This document shows positions 1 to 9,729 of a stretch of 64,000 bases of DNA, in pieces. The stretch's first letter is position 1; each line of letters opens with the position of its first letter. Both the position numbers and the translations under genes were made by a program. Below the pieces are notes generated by a model. The model saw only the letters and a list, made by a program, of their open reading frames with translations, had not been told where the DNA came from and made no database searches. This stretch comes from an uncultured Pseudomonadota bacterium (GTDB taxonomy: Bacteria > Pseudomonadota > Alphaproteobacteria > Micropepsales > Micropepsaceae), in contig CAWBLC010000001.1 of the NCBI GenBank assembly GCA_963789595.1, positions 374,326-438,325 on the forward strand, in the 5' to 3' direction.

Positions 1-826
1 CGAACGCCAAGCCCGCCCCCGCAAGCGCCGGCCCGAATATGAAGAAGAAATAGAGCGGCAGCGAACCGCGCCATGCGCTCAGCGCTTCCTGCGCGCGCAC
101 CGTCGTGGCGACGGATAGCGGCCATCCCGCCACCGCGGCCAGCGAAACGATGCGGCGTTCGCCGCCCAGTTCGATTTCGCGCGATGCGTCGCTTGCGCCG
201 TTCAATTGCAGCGCGGCTTGCGGGGGAACGCCGTTCCAGCCGCCGCCCAGCGCCAGCACGCGCCCGTCGTCGGTGGCGATGGCGGCGTTTTCGCGCGCGC
301 CGGGAAGGGCGTGTGCGTCGAGTTGCACCGCCACGATCCCGCCTTCGGCCGCGAACAGCAGCGTGAATCCGTCTTGCGATGCGATGGCGGCGCGTCCCGC
401 CTTGGCTTGCGCCAGCACGCGGCCGGAGAGCGGCAGAAATCCCGGCGCGGTTTTCAATTCCGAAAGCAGCCCGCCATCGCCGCCCAGCACCACGATGTTC
501 TTGAGCGCGTCGCCGCCCGCATCCGACAGGGCCGCGCTCGTGTCCGGTTCGCCGGCATGGGCGAAGGCCCGGCCCAGCGCGGTGTAGCGGTCGAGTTCGG
601 CCGTCAATTCGCCGCTCAATTCCAGCGCGCGCCGGGTTTCGAAATGGGACGCCTGGTCGAGCGCATGGGCGCGGTCCAGCCGCATCTGGATCGCGGCTGC
701 GCTGGCGAAGCTGCCGGCGATCGCGAGCAGCGACATCGCAACCGTCATGCGGATGTTTCGCGTGGCGGCCTCGGCGACCGCGCGCCCGATGCCGGCAATT
801 GGCGATACCGTCAGGCTCTCCGCCAT
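1..826 (-). CDS. N-terminal part of a membrane sensor histidine kinase (PleC-like), truncated by the window edge
   Basis: Not in the ORF track because it runs off the edge. Manual translation from ATG 826 gives MAESLTVSPIAGIGRAV...TM...periplasmic domain...LPLYFFFIFGPALAGAGLAF (second TM), open to position 1. Its position downstream of pepN matches what I recall for alphaproteobacterial pleC. Confidence 0.6.
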   Translation of the reverse strand, partial: MAESLTVSPIAGIGRAVAEAATRNIRMTVAMSLLAIAGSFASAAAIQMRLDRAHALDQASHFETRRALELSGELTAELDRYTALGRAFAHAGEPDTSAALSDAGGDALKNIVVLGGDGGLLSELKTAPGFLPLSGRVLAQAKAGRAAIASQDGFTLLFAAEGGIVAVQLDAHALPGARENAAIATDDGRVLALGGGWNGVPPQAALQLNGASDASREIELGGERRIVSLAAVAGWPLSVATTVRAQEALSAWRGSLPLYFFFIFGPALAGAGLAF

Positions 827-894
827 AAATCGAACGCGCTCGCGTGATTCGTCCCCTTGACGATGATACGAATCGCGGAGTCGCTGTCGATGGC

Positions 895-3525
895 TCAGCC
901 GAGCATTTTCGAAGCCACTTCGAACAAATTCGACGAAATCCCCGGAACTTTCAGCGTCCGTTCCAGTTCGGCACGCATCAAACCCTGGCGCTGCGAATCA
1001 TAGCGGCGCCAGTTTTCGAAACCCGATGCCATGCGCGCGGCGACCTTGGGGTTCAGCGAATCCAGCGTGCGCACGACCTCTCCGACAAGTCTGTAGCCTT
1101 CGCCGTCCTTCGCATGGAAGCGCAGGTGATTGGCCGAGAACGCACCGACCAGCGCGCGCACGCGATTGGGATTTTTGATGTCGAAGGCGGGATGGGTCAT
1201 CAGCGCGCGCACGCCCTTCACCGTTTCAGGCAAAGGCGACATGGCCTGCAGGCTCATCCATTTGTCCAGCACCAGCGCATTGCCGCGGAAGCGGTCGAAG
1301 AAATCGGCGAAGGCTGCCTCGCGCAAACCCGAATGCATGCGCGCGAGCGATGCGAGCCCCGCGATCATGTCGGTCATGTTGGTGGCGCCGCGATAATGCG
1401 CATCGGCGATGATGGCCGCTTTGTCGTCATCGGCCGCGGTCAGGTAGCGCAAACACGCATTGCGCAGGGCGCGCCGTCCGGCCGATGCCGCATCCGGCGC
1501 ATAGGCGCCGCGCGAGTCCAGGCTCTTGTACAGCGTCGAAATCCGCGCCGCGTGCGCGTCCACAATGCTTCGGATCAGCGCAGTGCGTGCGGCATGGATC
1601 GCGTCGGGGTCTGCGGGCTGCATGGAAAGCGCAAGCTCGTCTTCGGCCGGCGGCATCAGCATCAGGGCCGCGAAGGCGTGATCGTCACCGGCGCGCGCAA
1701 GCGCTTCGCCGATGGCGTCGATATAGGTTCGATCGGGTTCGGGCGCGCCGCCGGATTGCGCCGCCTTCGCCATTTCCAGCAGCAATTCGGTGGCCAGCAC
1801 CTGGCCGGATTCCCAGCGGTTGAAGGAATCGGCGTCGCATTTCATCAGCGTGGCGCGCTCCTTGCGGCCGAGCGGCGTCTTGAAGATCGCGGGCGCGGAG
1901 AAATGCCGCCCCAACGAAAGAAGCGGCGGCTCCGCCACATCGACGAACACGAAGCGCTGTTGCGCATCCCGCAATTCCAGCACGCGTTCTTCGGGTCCGG
2001 TCGCGTTTTCGCCGTCCAGCGTCAGGGGCAGCGCCGCGCCCGACGCCGACACAAGCCCCACGCTTACCGGAATATGCATCGGCTTTTTCGTGGGCTGGCC
2101 GGGCGTGGGCGGCAAAGTCTGCTTCAGGTCGAGCGTATAGGTTTTCTTCGCCGCGTCGTAAGCGCCCTTCGCCTCGATCACCGGCGTGCCCGATTGCACA
2201 TACCAACGCCGGAATTGCTTCAGATCGCGCCCGTTGGAATCCTCGAAGCACGTCACCCAGTCTTCCACGGTCGCCGCTTCGCCGTCGTGGCGTTCGAAAT
2301 AGAGGTCGGTGGCCTTGCGATAGCCCTCTTCGCCGACCAGCGTCTTCAGCATGCCGATTACCTCGGCGCCTTTTTCATAGACGGTGGCGGTATAGAAATT
2401 GTCGATGGCGATATAGCTCTGCGGCTGCACCGGATGGGCGAGCGGGCCCGCATCTTCCTGGAACTGCCGCGCGCGCAAGGCGCGCACGTCGTCGATGCGT
2501 TTGACCGCGCGACTTCTCTGGTCGGCGGAGAAATTCTGGTCGCGGAAAACCGTCAGCCCTTCCTTTAGCGACAATTGGAACCAGTCGCGGCAGGTGATGC
2601 GGTCGCCGGTCCAATTGTGGAAATATTCATGGGCCACCACGCTTTCGATGCGCTCGTAATCGGCGTCCGTTGCGGTATCGGGCGAGGCCAGCAGCAGCTT
2701 GTCGTTGAAGATGTTGAGGCCCTTGTTTTCCATGGCGCCGAAATTGAAGGCGCTGACCGCCACGATCATGAAAATGTCGAGATCGTATTCGCGGCCGTAA
2801 GTCTCTTCGTCCCAGCGCATCGCCCGCTTGAGCGAATCCATCGCATATTCGGCGCGCGCTTCGTTGCCGTGCTCCACATAGATGCGCAAATCCACCGTGC
2901 GTCCGCTCATGGTCGCGAATTCGTCGCGCAACAGGCCCAGATCGCCGGCAACCAGCGCGAACAGGTAACAGGGCTTGAAAAACGGATCGTTCCACACCGC
3001 GAAATGCCGCCCGCCCGGCAGATCGCCTTTTTCGACCGGATTGCCGTTCGACAGCAGCACCGGATATTTCGCCTTGTCCGCTTCGATGCGCGTGGTATAG
3101 ACCGCCAGAACGTCCGGCCGGTCGAGGAAATAGGTGATGCGCCGGAATCCTTCGGCTTCGCATTGCGTGCAGAACATGCCGTTCGACAAATACAATCCTT
3201 CGAGCGCGGTGTTCGCCGCGGGCGCGATTTCGGTTTCGATTTCCAGCGTGAATTTCGCCGGCACTTTGGCGATCGTCAGCGTCTCGTCATCCACCCGGTA
3301 ATCGGCGGGCGAGAGCGCGCGCCCGTCCACCGCCACAGCGATCAGCTTCAATTGCTCGCCGTCCAGCACCAGCGGCACATCGGCGCCCGTGCGCTGCACC
3401 TTCGATACCGCTTTCACGCGCGTGGCGTGCGGATCGAGCCGGAAATCCAGCGCGATTTCGCCGATGCGATAGGCCGGCGGGGTGTAATCCTTCAGGTTGA
3501 TGGCGCGCGGTTCTTCGGTGCGCAT
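895..3525 (-). CDS. pepN: Aminopeptidase N (M1 family)
   Basis: 876 aa; GAMEN and HEYFHNWTG...LKEG zinc motif; typical C-terminal NPNRVRALV segment. Confidence 0.97.
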   Translation of the reverse strand: MRTEEPRAINLKDYTPPAYRIGEIALDFRLDPHATRVKAVSKVQRTGADVPLVLDGEQLKLIAVAVDGRALSPADYRVDDETLTIAKVPAKFTLEIETEIAPAANTALEGLYLSNGMFCTQCEAEGFRRITYFLDRPDVLAVYTTRIEADKAKYPVLLSNGNPVEKGDLPGGRHFAVWNDPFFKPCYLFALVAGDLGLLRDEFATMSGRTVDLRIYVEHGNEARAEYAMDSLKRAMRWDEETYGREYDLDIFMIVAVSAFNFGAMENKGLNIFNDKLLLASPDTATDADYERIESVVAHEYFHNWTGDRITCRDWFQLSLKEGLTVFRDQNFSADQRSRAVKRIDDVRALRARQFQEDAGPLAHPVQPQSYIAIDNFYTATVYEKGAEVIGMLKTLVGEEGYRKATDLYFERHDGEAATVEDWVTCFEDSNGRDLKQFRRWYVQSGTPVIEAKGAYDAAKKTYTLDLKQTLPPTPGQPTKKPMHIPVSVGLVSASGAALPLTLDGENATGPEERVLELRDAQQRFVFVDVAEPPLLSLGRHFSAPAIFKTPLGRKERATLMKCDADSFNRWESGQVLATELLLEMAKAAQSGGAPEPDRTYIDAIGEALARAGDDHAFAALMLMPPAEDELALSMQPADPDAIHAARTALIRSIVDAHAARISTLYKSLDSRGAYAPDAASAGRRALRNACLRYLTAADDDKAAIIADAHYRGATNMTDMIAGLASLARMHSGLREAAFADFFDRFRGNALVLDKWMSLQAMSPLPETVKGVRALMTHPAFDIKNPNRVRALVGAFSANHLRFHAKDGEGYRLVGEVVRTLDSLNPKVAARMASGFENWRRYDSQRQGLMRAELERTLKVPGISSNLFEVASKMLG

Positions 3526-3627
3526 GAGGGCTCTCTCGGATGGATTTTCGGGAGCCAGTCTTAAAGCGTCGGGCCGAACCTGTCCAAAATCTTCTCCGGC
3601 ACGGCAGCCATGCGCGCAGGAAACTTG

Positions 3628-4644
3628 CTATTTGTGGGTCCGTTCGCGCAACAGTCGCGCCACGCGGTCGCGCGTCAGGGGATGGGAGCCCAGCCAGCTC
3701 GGCCCGCAATCCTTGCCGCCGCAGAATTTCGCATTCAGCCTCTGCAACAGACGGGCGAGCGCGCCGGGATCCTTGCCGATGCGGTTGAGGTCGGCGGCGG
3801 CATCGTCATCGGCCTGCTGCTCGAAGCCGCGCGAATAGGACGACTGGATCAGGACGCCGGGCAGGATCGCGCCCAGATGGGTGACTTGCGAAACATCGCC
3901 GGTGACCATCGCAAGCGCGGCGGGCACGATGGCCGCCTGATAGACGCGCTGCATGCCGTGGCGCCGGTCGACATGGGCGATCTCATGGCCGAACACGCCT
4001 TCGAGCCCGTCGCCATCGGTCACATAGGGCCAAAGCTGGTCGGTCATCACGATGGTGCCGTCGGGCAGCGCAAACGCATTGGGCCCCAGCGTCGGCGCAT
4101 CGCGGAAGATCAGCCGATAGCCGTGCGGACCCTTGCGGCCGAGCGCGGCCATGGTCGCGAACAGTTTTTCGGCGCGTTCGCGCTGGGCTGCGCCGAGCTG
4201 CGTCGGCTGAAGCGCAAGGCGGTCGAGCGTGTCCAGCGTCTGGCCCGATACGGCGGCCAGAACCGAATCCGGCGTTTCGCGCGCCAGCCACGCGGCGGTG
4301 GCCGGAATGCCGTATTGCACGAACAGATAAAGCGCGGCCCCCGCCACCAGGAAGGCCACGAACACCCATTGCAGCGAATGTTCGAGGCGGTGGAGCAGCG
4401 CTGTGCGCGCGCCCAGCAATTCGTCGACCGCGTCGTTGTCATGCGTCTCGAACAGGGCCCCGCCGGGCAGGCGGAAGCGCCGCGCCACATTGCCGAGCCG
4501 GTGGGAAACCGTGACGCTTTTGACGGGCGCTTCGGCCAGCACCGCACCCGCTTCGTTTTCGACGATCAGCATGCCGCCGGAAATGCGCGCGCGCGCGGTC
4601 ACGCAATTGGGAGAGCCCGGCGGGAAATACCGTCCCTCCACCAT
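3628..4644 (-). CDS. M48 family zinc metallopeptidase
   Basis: PNAFALPDG and HEIAH motifs, one TM segment; standard partner of YjgN/DUF898. Confidence 0.9.
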   Translation of the reverse strand: MVEGRYFPPGSPNCVTARARISGGMLIVENEAGAVLAEAPVKSVTVSHRLGNVARRFRLPGGALFETHDNDAVDELLGARTALLHRLEHSLQWVFVAFLVAGAALYLFVQYGIPATAAWLARETPDSVLAAVSGQTLDTLDRLALQPTQLGAAQRERAEKLFATMAALGRKGPHGYRLIFRDAPTLGPNAFALPDGTIVMTDQLWPYVTDGDGLEGVFGHEIAHVDRRHGMQRVYQAAIVPAALAMVTGDVSQVTHLGAILPGVLIQSSYSRGFEQQADDDAAADLNRIGKDPGALARLLQRLNAKFCGGKDCGPSWLGSHPLTRDRVARLLRERTHK

Positions 4645-4647
4645 CTG

Positions 4648-5727
4648 TCACAGCCCGAAATCGAAATCGAAGAAGCTGGCGATCTCTTCGCCCACCGCAC
4701 TTTGGGTGGCGGCCACATCGGCGGTAAATTCGTCCAGATTGCCGTCGATCACGATGCCGGTGCGGCTGCGCCGGTATTTCGCAAGCCGCACCATCGCCCA
4801 GGGATAGAACAGGCCGAGCGTCGCGAGCGTCAGCACCGCATTGCTCAGCACGATCCAGATCATGCGAAACACCGAAAGCTTGGCGCGCAATTCGTGGCGC
4901 CCGTCCAGCAAGGCGTTGCCGATGGCGAGGTTGTAGATCAGCGTGCGCACCGCGATTCCGATCGACAGATAAAGCGCCGCCACCGCGCCCATGACCGCGA
5001 ATTCGGCGGGCCGCGGCATCGGGGGTGGCGCCGGCGCGGCCTGTGCGGCAACCGGTGCACCATGGCCGATATACACCGCGGCCGCGCCGACCGCACCGGC
5101 CAGAAGGATCAGCGCCACCAGCACGAGCAGATAGATTCCGTAGATCGCCCAGTTGGAGAAATAGGTGTTGAACCGCCGTCCGCCATAGGTGTGGTTGTTG
5201 ACGTAGAAATAATCCACCGCCTTGCGCGCGCGCGGAATGAGGATTCCCAGGGTCACCGCGCCGACGAGCGACCACAGGATATAGACGGCAAAGGCCTCTC
5301 CATAAGTGCCTTTGAAATTGAACCGGATGTTGCGATAGCTCGTGTTGCGCGCGTTGAAGCGCATGCTGGCCACGGCGAGCCAGGGCAGGGCGACGATGAA
5401 CACGATGAACCAGCCGATCAACAGCTTCGGGCTGATGGAGATCGACAGGCCATAGGCCACCAGCAGCGTAACCGCGATGGCGCGTCCGATCAGGATGCGC
5501 ACGGGCGAGGCGTGATAATCGAAGGAATGGCCGGCGATATAGGTGTTGGCGTAGAAATAGCGCCAGGTGCGCACCTTGGCCCAGGCCCCGTAAACGCCCA
5601 GCGTCAGGATGGTCAGCGCCAGATTGACGATCCAGATGCGGAAATATTCGCTGCCTTTGCCCCTGAATTCGATCCATTGCAGGTCGAGCACACGCACGGG
5701 CGCGGCTTCGGCGGTTGTATCCGTCAT
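4648..5727 (-). CDS. YjgN/DUF898 family inner-membrane protein
   Basis: EFRGKGSEYFRIWIVNLALTILTLGVYGAWAKVR signature. Start moved to ATG 5727 (MTDTTAE). Confidence 0.9.
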   Translation of the reverse strand: MTDTTAEAAPVRVLDLQWIEFRGKGSEYFRIWIVNLALTILTLGVYGAWAKVRTWRYFYANTYIAGHSFDYHASPVRILIGRAIAVTLLVAYGLSISISPKLLIGWFIVFIVALPWLAVASMRFNARNTSYRNIRFNFKGTYGEAFAVYILWSLVGAVTLGILIPRARKAVDYFYVNNHTYGGRRFNTYFSNWAIYGIYLLVLVALILLAGAVGAAAVYIGHGAPVAAQAAPAPPPMPRPAEFAVMGAVAALYLSIGIAVRTLIYNLAIGNALLDGRHELRAKLSVFRMIWIVLSNAVLTLATLGLFYPWAMVRLAKYRRSRTGIVIDGNLDEFTADVAATQSAVGEEIASFFDFDFGL

Positions 5728-5870
5728 GATGCCCCCGTTACCCCCAATACTTGCCTTTATTTCGGCAAGTCTCGGGGAGGCCGGCGAACATTGCAAGCTT
5801 GAAAGAAACGGACGCGCCGGCAAATTCCCGCGCATTTGCGGGCAATCGGCTCACGTCAATCGAAAAATTG

Positions 5871-6404
5871 TCAGGCCTCGTCCTTGTTGACGGCCATCAG
5901 CAGGTCCTGGGCGTCGTGGGCGAGCTGGGCAAGGGAGGCCGGCATTTCCTCGCCGGATTTGCGGGCCCATTCGACGAGGCTGGAGGCGAAATCGGCGAGT
6001 CTGGGGGCATGGGCGATCAGGCGGGCCTGGCGTTCGACCTTCTGGGGATCGAGATCGTATTCCGCGCCCGGCACGCGCCAGCCGCCCCATTCCGCCTGTC
6101 CGGTGATGACGACGGGATAGGTGCCGGGCACCGGATGGCGCGCGCAATCGCCTGCGGGCTGCCACTTGTTGCGTGCGCGCACGATGCGCCAATGTTCGCT
6201 GCCGTTGGACTTGTCTTCGGCGCTGGGCGCTTCGGCCTGCAATTCATCGGCGGCGAATTCGCGGCCCAGGCCGACATCGTAATAAACGCGCAAGGGTTCG
6301 TCCAAACCCTTGGCCCAATGGGGAATGACGCGCTCCACCAACGCCCATGTTCCCACGGGCTTCACATAAACGCGTTGGTTCTTGTGAAATTGTGCCTTGG
6401 CCAT
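5871..6404 (-). CDS. Conserved alphaproteobacterial hypothetical protein
   Basis: 177-aa ORF (MAKAQFHKNQRVYVKPVGTWALVE...) with host-like codon usage; no motif recognised. Confidence 0.75.
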   Translation of the reverse strand: MAKAQFHKNQRVYVKPVGTWALVERVIPHWAKGLDEPLRVYYDVGLGREFAADELQAEAPSAEDKSNGSEHWRIVRARNKWQPAGDCARHPVPGTYPVVITGQAEWGGWRVPGAEYDLDPQKVERQARLIAHAPRLADFASSLVEWARKSGEEMPASLAQLAHDAQDLLMAVNKDEA

Positions 6405-6446
6405 GCCGGGCCCCTGTCGCAACATGTGAACGGTAAGCCTCGCCCC

Positions 6447-6461
6447 TTAAGCCCCGGTTAA
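6447..6461. promoter_or_regulatory. CtrA-type box TTAA-N7-TTAA
   Basis: TTAAgccccggTTAA in the divergent intergenic region, 43 bp upstream of the 6404 start. Confidence 0.6.
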
Positions 6462-6592
6462 GACCGCCATTCGAATTGACGCTAGGGAAGGGCGAAAACG
6501 CAAGAATTTGCGATGGTTGGGCGCCCTGTTGGCGCGCGCGTGCGAGCGCTCTAAGCTGGCCTGCGATCGCTACGGATGAAGGCAAGAAACGC

Positions 6593-7720
6593 ATGAATTT
6601 CGATTTCTCGGACGACCAGAAACTGCTCAAGGATCAGGCGCGCAAATTCCTGACCGAAAAATGTCCGCCCAAGATCGTGCGCGGCGTGCTGGAAGGCGCG
6701 GGCGGCCTCGATTCCAATTTGTGGAAGGCCATCGCCGACATGGGCTGGCTGGGCACCGCAATTCCCGAAAATTACGGCGGATTGGGGCTGGGCTATCTCG
6801 AACTCTGCGTGATCGCCGAAGAACTGGGCCGTGTGCTGGCGCCGGTGCCGTTTTCCTCCACGGTCTATCTTTTCGCCGAAGCGCTGATGGCGGCGGGCAG
6901 CGAAGAGCACAAGAAGAAACTTCTGCCTGAGATCGCAAGCGGCGAAACCATCGGCACCTTCGCCCGCGCCGAAGGGCCCGGTGCGGTGATCGCGAAAAAC
7001 ATTCGCTGCGCGTTCAAGGGCGGGAAACTATCCGGCAAGAAAACCGCGGTGGTCGATGGCATGGATGCCGATTACGCCGTGGTGCTGGCGCGCAGCAGCG
7101 AGGAGGCGGGCGAACGCGGGCTTCAACTCGCGCTGGTCGATCTGAAGGCGGCGGGCGTGAAGCGCCATGCGCAGGATTCGATCGATCCCTCGCGCAAGCA
7201 TGCCGAAATCACGTTCGAGAATGCCTCCGCCGAAGCGCTCGGCAAGCCGGGCGAAGGCTGGTCCATCGCCAACCGCGTGCTCGATCGCGCCGCCATATTG
7301 ATGGCGTTCGAGCAGGTGGGCGGCGCCGATGCCTGTCTGGTGATGGCGAAGGATTACGCCATGAACCGCTATGCTTTCGGCCGGCCCATCGCCTCCTTCC
7401 AGGCAATCAAGCACAAGCTCGCCGACATGTATGTGAACAACGAGCTGGCGCGCTCCAACGCCTATTACGGCGCCTGGGCGCTTTCCACCAATGCGCGCGA
7501 GTTGCCGCTCGCCGCGGCGGCTGCGCGCGTCGCCGCCACGCAGGCCTTCGATTACGCGGCCAGGGAAAACACGCAGACCCATGGCGGCGTCGGCTTCACC
7601 TGGGAATTCGACTGCCACCTCTTCTACAAGCGCTCGCGCGAACTCGCGCTGGCGCTGGGTGCGCAACGAAGCTGGAAGGAAAAACTGGTCACGGAATTGG
7701 AACTTTCCAATGCCGCATAG
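6593..7720 (+). CDS. Acyl-CoA dehydrogenase (non-catalytic-type partner of a two-gene pair)
   Basis: MNFDFSDDQK start; R.AFGRPIASFQAIKHKLADM; HGGVGFTWE. Confidence 0.92.
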   Translation: MNFDFSDDQKLLKDQARKFLTEKCPPKIVRGVLEGAGGLDSNLWKAIADMGWLGTAIPENYGGLGLGYLELCVIAEELGRVLAPVPFSSTVYLFAEALMAAGSEEHKKKLLPEIASGETIGTFARAEGPGAVIAKNIRCAFKGGKLSGKKTAVVDGMDADYAVVLARSSEEAGERGLQLALVDLKAAGVKRHAQDSIDPSRKHAEITFENASAEALGKPGEGWSIANRVLDRAAILMAFEQVGGADACLVMAKDYAMNRYAFGRPIASFQAIKHKLADMYVNNELARSNAYYGAWALSTNARELPLAAAAARVAATQAFDYAARENTQTHGGVGFTWEFDCHLFYKRSRELALALGAQRSWKEKLVTELELSNAA

Positions 7721-7725
7721 ATTCG

Positions 7726-7911
7726 CACGCGGAGACGCGGAGACGCGGAGCGGTTCCAATCCTGCTTCCGTCATCACCCGGTCCGGAGCGATAGCGAAGG
7801 ATCCGGGTGATCCAATTTTCTTTCGGTTCGAAAAAGAAAAATTGGATCGCCCGCATGAAGCGGGCGATGACGAATGTGTTTTGAAGGATGAAAACTCCGC
7901 GCCTCCGCGTG
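7726..7911. repeat. Nested palindromic REP/MITE-like intergenic element
   Basis: Outer inverted repeat CACGCGGAGACGCGGAG / CTCCGCGCCTCCGCGTG encloses an inner CGTCATCACCCG...CGGGCGATGACG unit (7769-7872) with three hairpins. Confidence 0.75.
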
Positions 7912-7943
7912 AAACCCTTTTCTGAATCCTGAGGACAACAACC

Positions 7944-9179
7944 ATGGACTTCGAAGACACCAAAGAAGAAGCCGCATTCCGCAGCGAAGTGAAAAAATGG
8001 CTCGAGGCCAACGCGCCGAAGGAAAAAGACGATGCGGGCGATATTCTGGGCGAGCGCGGCAGCAAGAGCTGGCTCGAAGCCCAGCGCGCATGGCAGGCCA
8101 AGAAAGCATCGGCCGGTTATGCGCGCATCACATGGCCGAAGGAGGTGGGTGGCTATGGCGGCACGCCCATCCAGCAGGTCATCTTCAACCAGGAAGAGGG
8201 CAAGCATCATGTCGGCGGCAACAGCCCCTTCGCCATCGGCCTCGGCATGTGCATCCCGACCTTGATGGCCTATGGCGACAAGGACGCCATCAAGCGTTAC
8301 GTCAAGCCCGCGCTCACGGGCGAAGAAATCTGGTGTCAATTGTTCTCCGAACCTGCGGGCGGTTCCGATGTCGCGGGCCTGCGCACGCGCGCCGAAAAGC
8401 AGGGCGAGGAATGGGTGGTGAACGGCCAGAAGATCTGGACCACCGGCGCGCAGATTTCCGATTACGGAATCCTGCTCACGCGCACCGATGCCAATGTGCC
8501 CAAGCACAAGGGCCTGACCATGTTCTATCTCTCCATGAAATCGCCCGGCGTGGAGGTGCGCCCGATCAAGCAGGCCAGCGGCGCATCCGGCTTCAACGAA
8601 GTCTTCTTCACCGATGTGCGCATTCCGGATTCGCAGCGACTGGGCGAAGTGGGGCAGGGCTGGCAGGTGGCGTTGACCACGCTGATGCATGAGCGTCTTG
8701 CGGTCGGCGGCGGCACGGGCGGCGCGCTCGATGTGCCGCAATTGATGGCGCTGGCCCGCACGCTCGAACTGGAAGACGGTCCCGCATTGAAGAACGCAAG
8801 CGTGCGCGAACGCATCGCCGATTGGTATGTGCGTTCGGCGGGCCTGAAATACACGACCTATCGCACCATGACGGCGCTGAGCCGCGGCCAGCAGCCGGGC
8901 CCCGAAGCCTCCATCGCCAAGATCGTGGTCGCGCCGAAGCTGCAAGACTTGTCCGCTTTCGCCATGGAACTCGAAGGCGAAACCGGCGCGCTGAAAGGCG
9001 AGGATGCGCCCGCCCATGGTGCCTTCCAGAGCGGCTGGATGGGCGCGCCGGGGCTTCGCATCGCCGGCGGCACCGACGAAATCCTGCGCAACATCATCGC
9101 CGAACGCGTGCTCGGCCTGCCGCAGGATGTGCGGGTGGACAAGGACGTTCCCTTCAACAAATTGCCAAGCGGAAGATAG
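7944..9179 (+). CDS. Acyl-CoA dehydrogenase
   Basis: WCQLFSEPAGGSDVAGL, NGQKIWTT, FNEVFF and IAGGTDEILRNIIAERVLGLP motifs. Confidence 0.95.
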   Translation: MDFEDTKEEAAFRSEVKKWLEANAPKEKDDAGDILGERGSKSWLEAQRAWQAKKASAGYARITWPKEVGGYGGTPIQQVIFNQEEGKHHVGGNSPFAIGLGMCIPTLMAYGDKDAIKRYVKPALTGEEIWCQLFSEPAGGSDVAGLRTRAEKQGEEWVVNGQKIWTTGAQISDYGILLTRTDANVPKHKGLTMFYLSMKSPGVEVRPIKQASGASGFNEVFFTDVRIPDSQRLGEVGQGWQVALTTLMHERLAVGGGTGGALDVPQLMALARTLELEDGPALKNASVRERIADWYVRSAGLKYTTYRTMTALSRGQQPGPEASIAKIVVAPKLQDLSAFAMELEGETGALKGEDAPAHGAFQSGWMGAPGLRIAGGTDEILRNIIAERVLGLPQDVRVDKDVPFNKLPSGR

Positions 9180-9188
9180 GAGACCAGC

Positions 9189-9554
9189 ATGCTCGGTTAC
9201 ACGACCATCGGAACAAACGATTTCGAGAAATCCAAGGCTTTCTATGCGGACATCCTCGCCGATCTCGGCGGCAAGCCCGTGTTCGGCAGCGACCGCATTC
9301 AATTCTACGGCAGCAAGCAGGGCGGCATGCTTGCCGTCTGCAAGCCCTATGACGAAAAGGACGCCAAACCCGGCAACGGCACCATGATTGCGCTGCAGGC
9401 GCCATCGAAAGAACTGGTGGACAGCGTTCACAAAAAAGCGCTTTCGCTGGGCGCGAGCGACGAAGGCGCGCCCGGCCAGCGGCTGCCGACATTCTACGGC
9501 GCCTATTTCCGCGATGCGGACGGCAACAAGGTCTGCGTTTTCAAGATGGGCTGA
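9189..9554 (+). CDS. VOC/glyoxalase family protein
   Basis: MLGYTTIGTNDFEKSKAFY; GNGTMIAL; FYGAYFRDADGNK. Confidence 0.9.
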   Translation: MLGYTTIGTNDFEKSKAFYADILADLGGKPVFGSDRIQFYGSKQGGMLAVCKPYDEKDAKPGNGTMIALQAPSKELVDSVHKKALSLGASDEGAPGQRLPTFYGAYFRDADGNKVCVFKMG

Positions 9555-9727
9555 TGATCCAGTCGCCTTGCGTCAAGATCTGCGTGATGGATCCGGTTGA
9601 GCGCATCTGCACCGGCTGCGGCCGCACGCTCGACGAAATCGCCCGCTGGGGCAGCATGAGCGATGCCGAACGGGCGCGGGTGATGGGTGCGTTGAAGGAG
9701 AGGCTTCAGCGCGCAAAACCCGGCTGA
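9554..9727 (+). CDS. DUF1289 family small Cys-rich protein
   Basis: Below the ORF-track cutoff. MIQSPCVKICVMDPVERICTGCGRTLDEIARW, with TGATG coupling to the VOC gene. Confidence 0.9.
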   Translation: MIQSPCVKICVMDPVERICTGCGRTLDEIARWGSMSDAERARVMGALKERLQRAKPG

Positions 9728-9729
9728 CG

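Noticed and set aside
73-5802. Long plus-strand ORFs (206-847, 844-2568, 2575-3564, 3610-5802)
   Set aside because: They are antisense shadows of real minus-strand genes in GC-rich DNA and show no recognisable motifs.
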